Assembly (NCBI GenBank): GCA_003990765.1
Contig: RBNJ01000231.1
Span: 1 to 35,973 of the forward strand
Direction: 5' to 3'
Source: Jimgerdemannia flammicorona
Taxonomy: Eukaryota
DNA: 35,973 bases
The notes below the pieces were generated by a model. The model was not told where the DNA came from, made no database searches, and saw only the letters and a list, made by a program, of their open reading frames with translations. Position 1 is the first letter of the stretch. Each line of letters starts with the position of its first letter. The position numbers and the translations under genes are program-made. Shown in pieces: positions 35,151 through 35,973 of this stretch.

Positions 35151-35378
35151 TATAAAAAGTAACTTATAGAAAATGTAGTCATAACTTAGCCACCTTATAG
35201 TTAGCAAACTTATATAAATATCTCAGTATCTAGAGTAAATAAACCTCAGATCAAAAGAGTTTGAGCCTCACTCTGATAGTCTGATGAGATTAGACAGATA
35301 TCACTTGTAACTCTGAGAAGTCAAGAAGAGTTATAGAAATCTGCTATATTTCCCTAGTTATGTGCCTACTATATTACA
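35151..35378 (+). repeat. Possible 3' half of an older LTR into which A1 inserted
   Basis: TATATAAATA, AATAAA ~20 bp later, a ...ATTACA end and then ACTTAGTGCC (PBS-like if TGG>TAG), the same layout as the A and C LTRs. No second copy is available to confirm it. Confidence 0.35.
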
Positions 35379-35493
35379 ACTTAGTGCCTATTGGCTGGTG
35401 ATTCAAGATGAATCCCTTACTTTCAAGCTAAACAACAAACAACTACCACTATCTAAACAACTATACAAATTGAACTAAGACATCCAGACAACC

Positions 35494-35973
35494 TAGGGGG
35501 ACCTCCTGTCTCCAATTCTATATACTCTGTCCTTGGAGCCATTGATGGATAGGATTTGGTAGAAGATAGTGGGGCTCTCCATTTTTGGCATTGTTTAGAA
35601 GGTTGGAGTCTTTGCAGATAATATGGTAATTAGTCTGGGGTCGATTGCTGATGTTGAAGAACTCTGAAAAACAGTAGAGTGGTATGAGGTATACTCTAGG
35701 GCTAAACTTAACTGATATAAGTATAAAAAAATAGCATTAGGTAATGGTCTGGTGGGAGGGGATGTCATTGGAACAATTGTTCCTGCTGAAGAGGCTGTGA
35801 GATACTTGAGTATCTATCTCTCTATATATGGGTCCATTCTGACATATACTTAGTGGAAGTAGCAAGTGACCATCTGGAGGGAGGTTCTGAGGGGTTAGGA
35901 AGGCTACCATATGTCTTTGGCAGGGTATGTTGCAATTTTGAATGTTTACTAGTTACTAAAGTTGTGATATTTG
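35494..35973 (+). pseudogene. Degenerate non-LTR retrotransposon RT (L1/Tx1-like ORF2), apparently 5'-truncated, running off the window
   Basis: Manual translation (Q)GDLLSPILYTLSLEPL...VFADNM...YSRAKLN..K...VRYLSI...SLAGYVAILNVY.LLKL(W)Y matches the QGDPLSP, FADD, SGAKLN, YLG and SL.GR..L.N...KLWY motifs. Confidence 0.85.

Noticed and set aside
35279..35300. Hammerhead ribozyme core CTGATGAG
   Set aside because: No GAAA after a stem II and no supporting stems I/III.

Overview
The window contains no host genes. It is a repeat-dense, probably heterochromatic eukaryotic region, most likely fungal (inferred from the element types and mutation pattern). Target-site duplications (TSDs) show that almost all of it is one nested stack. 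An old Ty3/gypsy chromovirus, A1 (288-35145, +), carries four insertions: a full same-family copy A2 (766-7058) in its PBS, a 5'-truncated non-LTR retrotransposon tail (7464-7959), a solo LTR B1 (8466-29803, -) and a hAT-type foldback MITE (30038-30624). B1 contains a full element B2 (8551-28401, -, ~2.08-kb LTRs). The 5' LTR of B2 contains the best-preserved LTR element, C (17627-26793, +). A degenerate L1/Tx1-like RT starts at 35494. All three gypsy families encode gag-dUTPase-PR-RT-RH-IN-chromodomain and are riddled with C>T/G>A transitions. Four observations stand out. (1) A shared non-env accessory gene of unknown function, with its own TATA-like box, lies between pol and the 3' LTR in C and inside the LTR U3 of B2. 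(2) An ~80-nt non-coding motif (T-loop/B-box-like hairpin plus a hairpin with a palindromic TGGCCA loop) is shared by families A, B1 and C. (3) B2 and C share an in-frame extension upstream of gag with no AUG before its conserved block. (4) B2 and C share a C-P-H-x12-C-x2-C module between dUTPase and protease. All alignments and reconstructions were done by eye, with no database searches.
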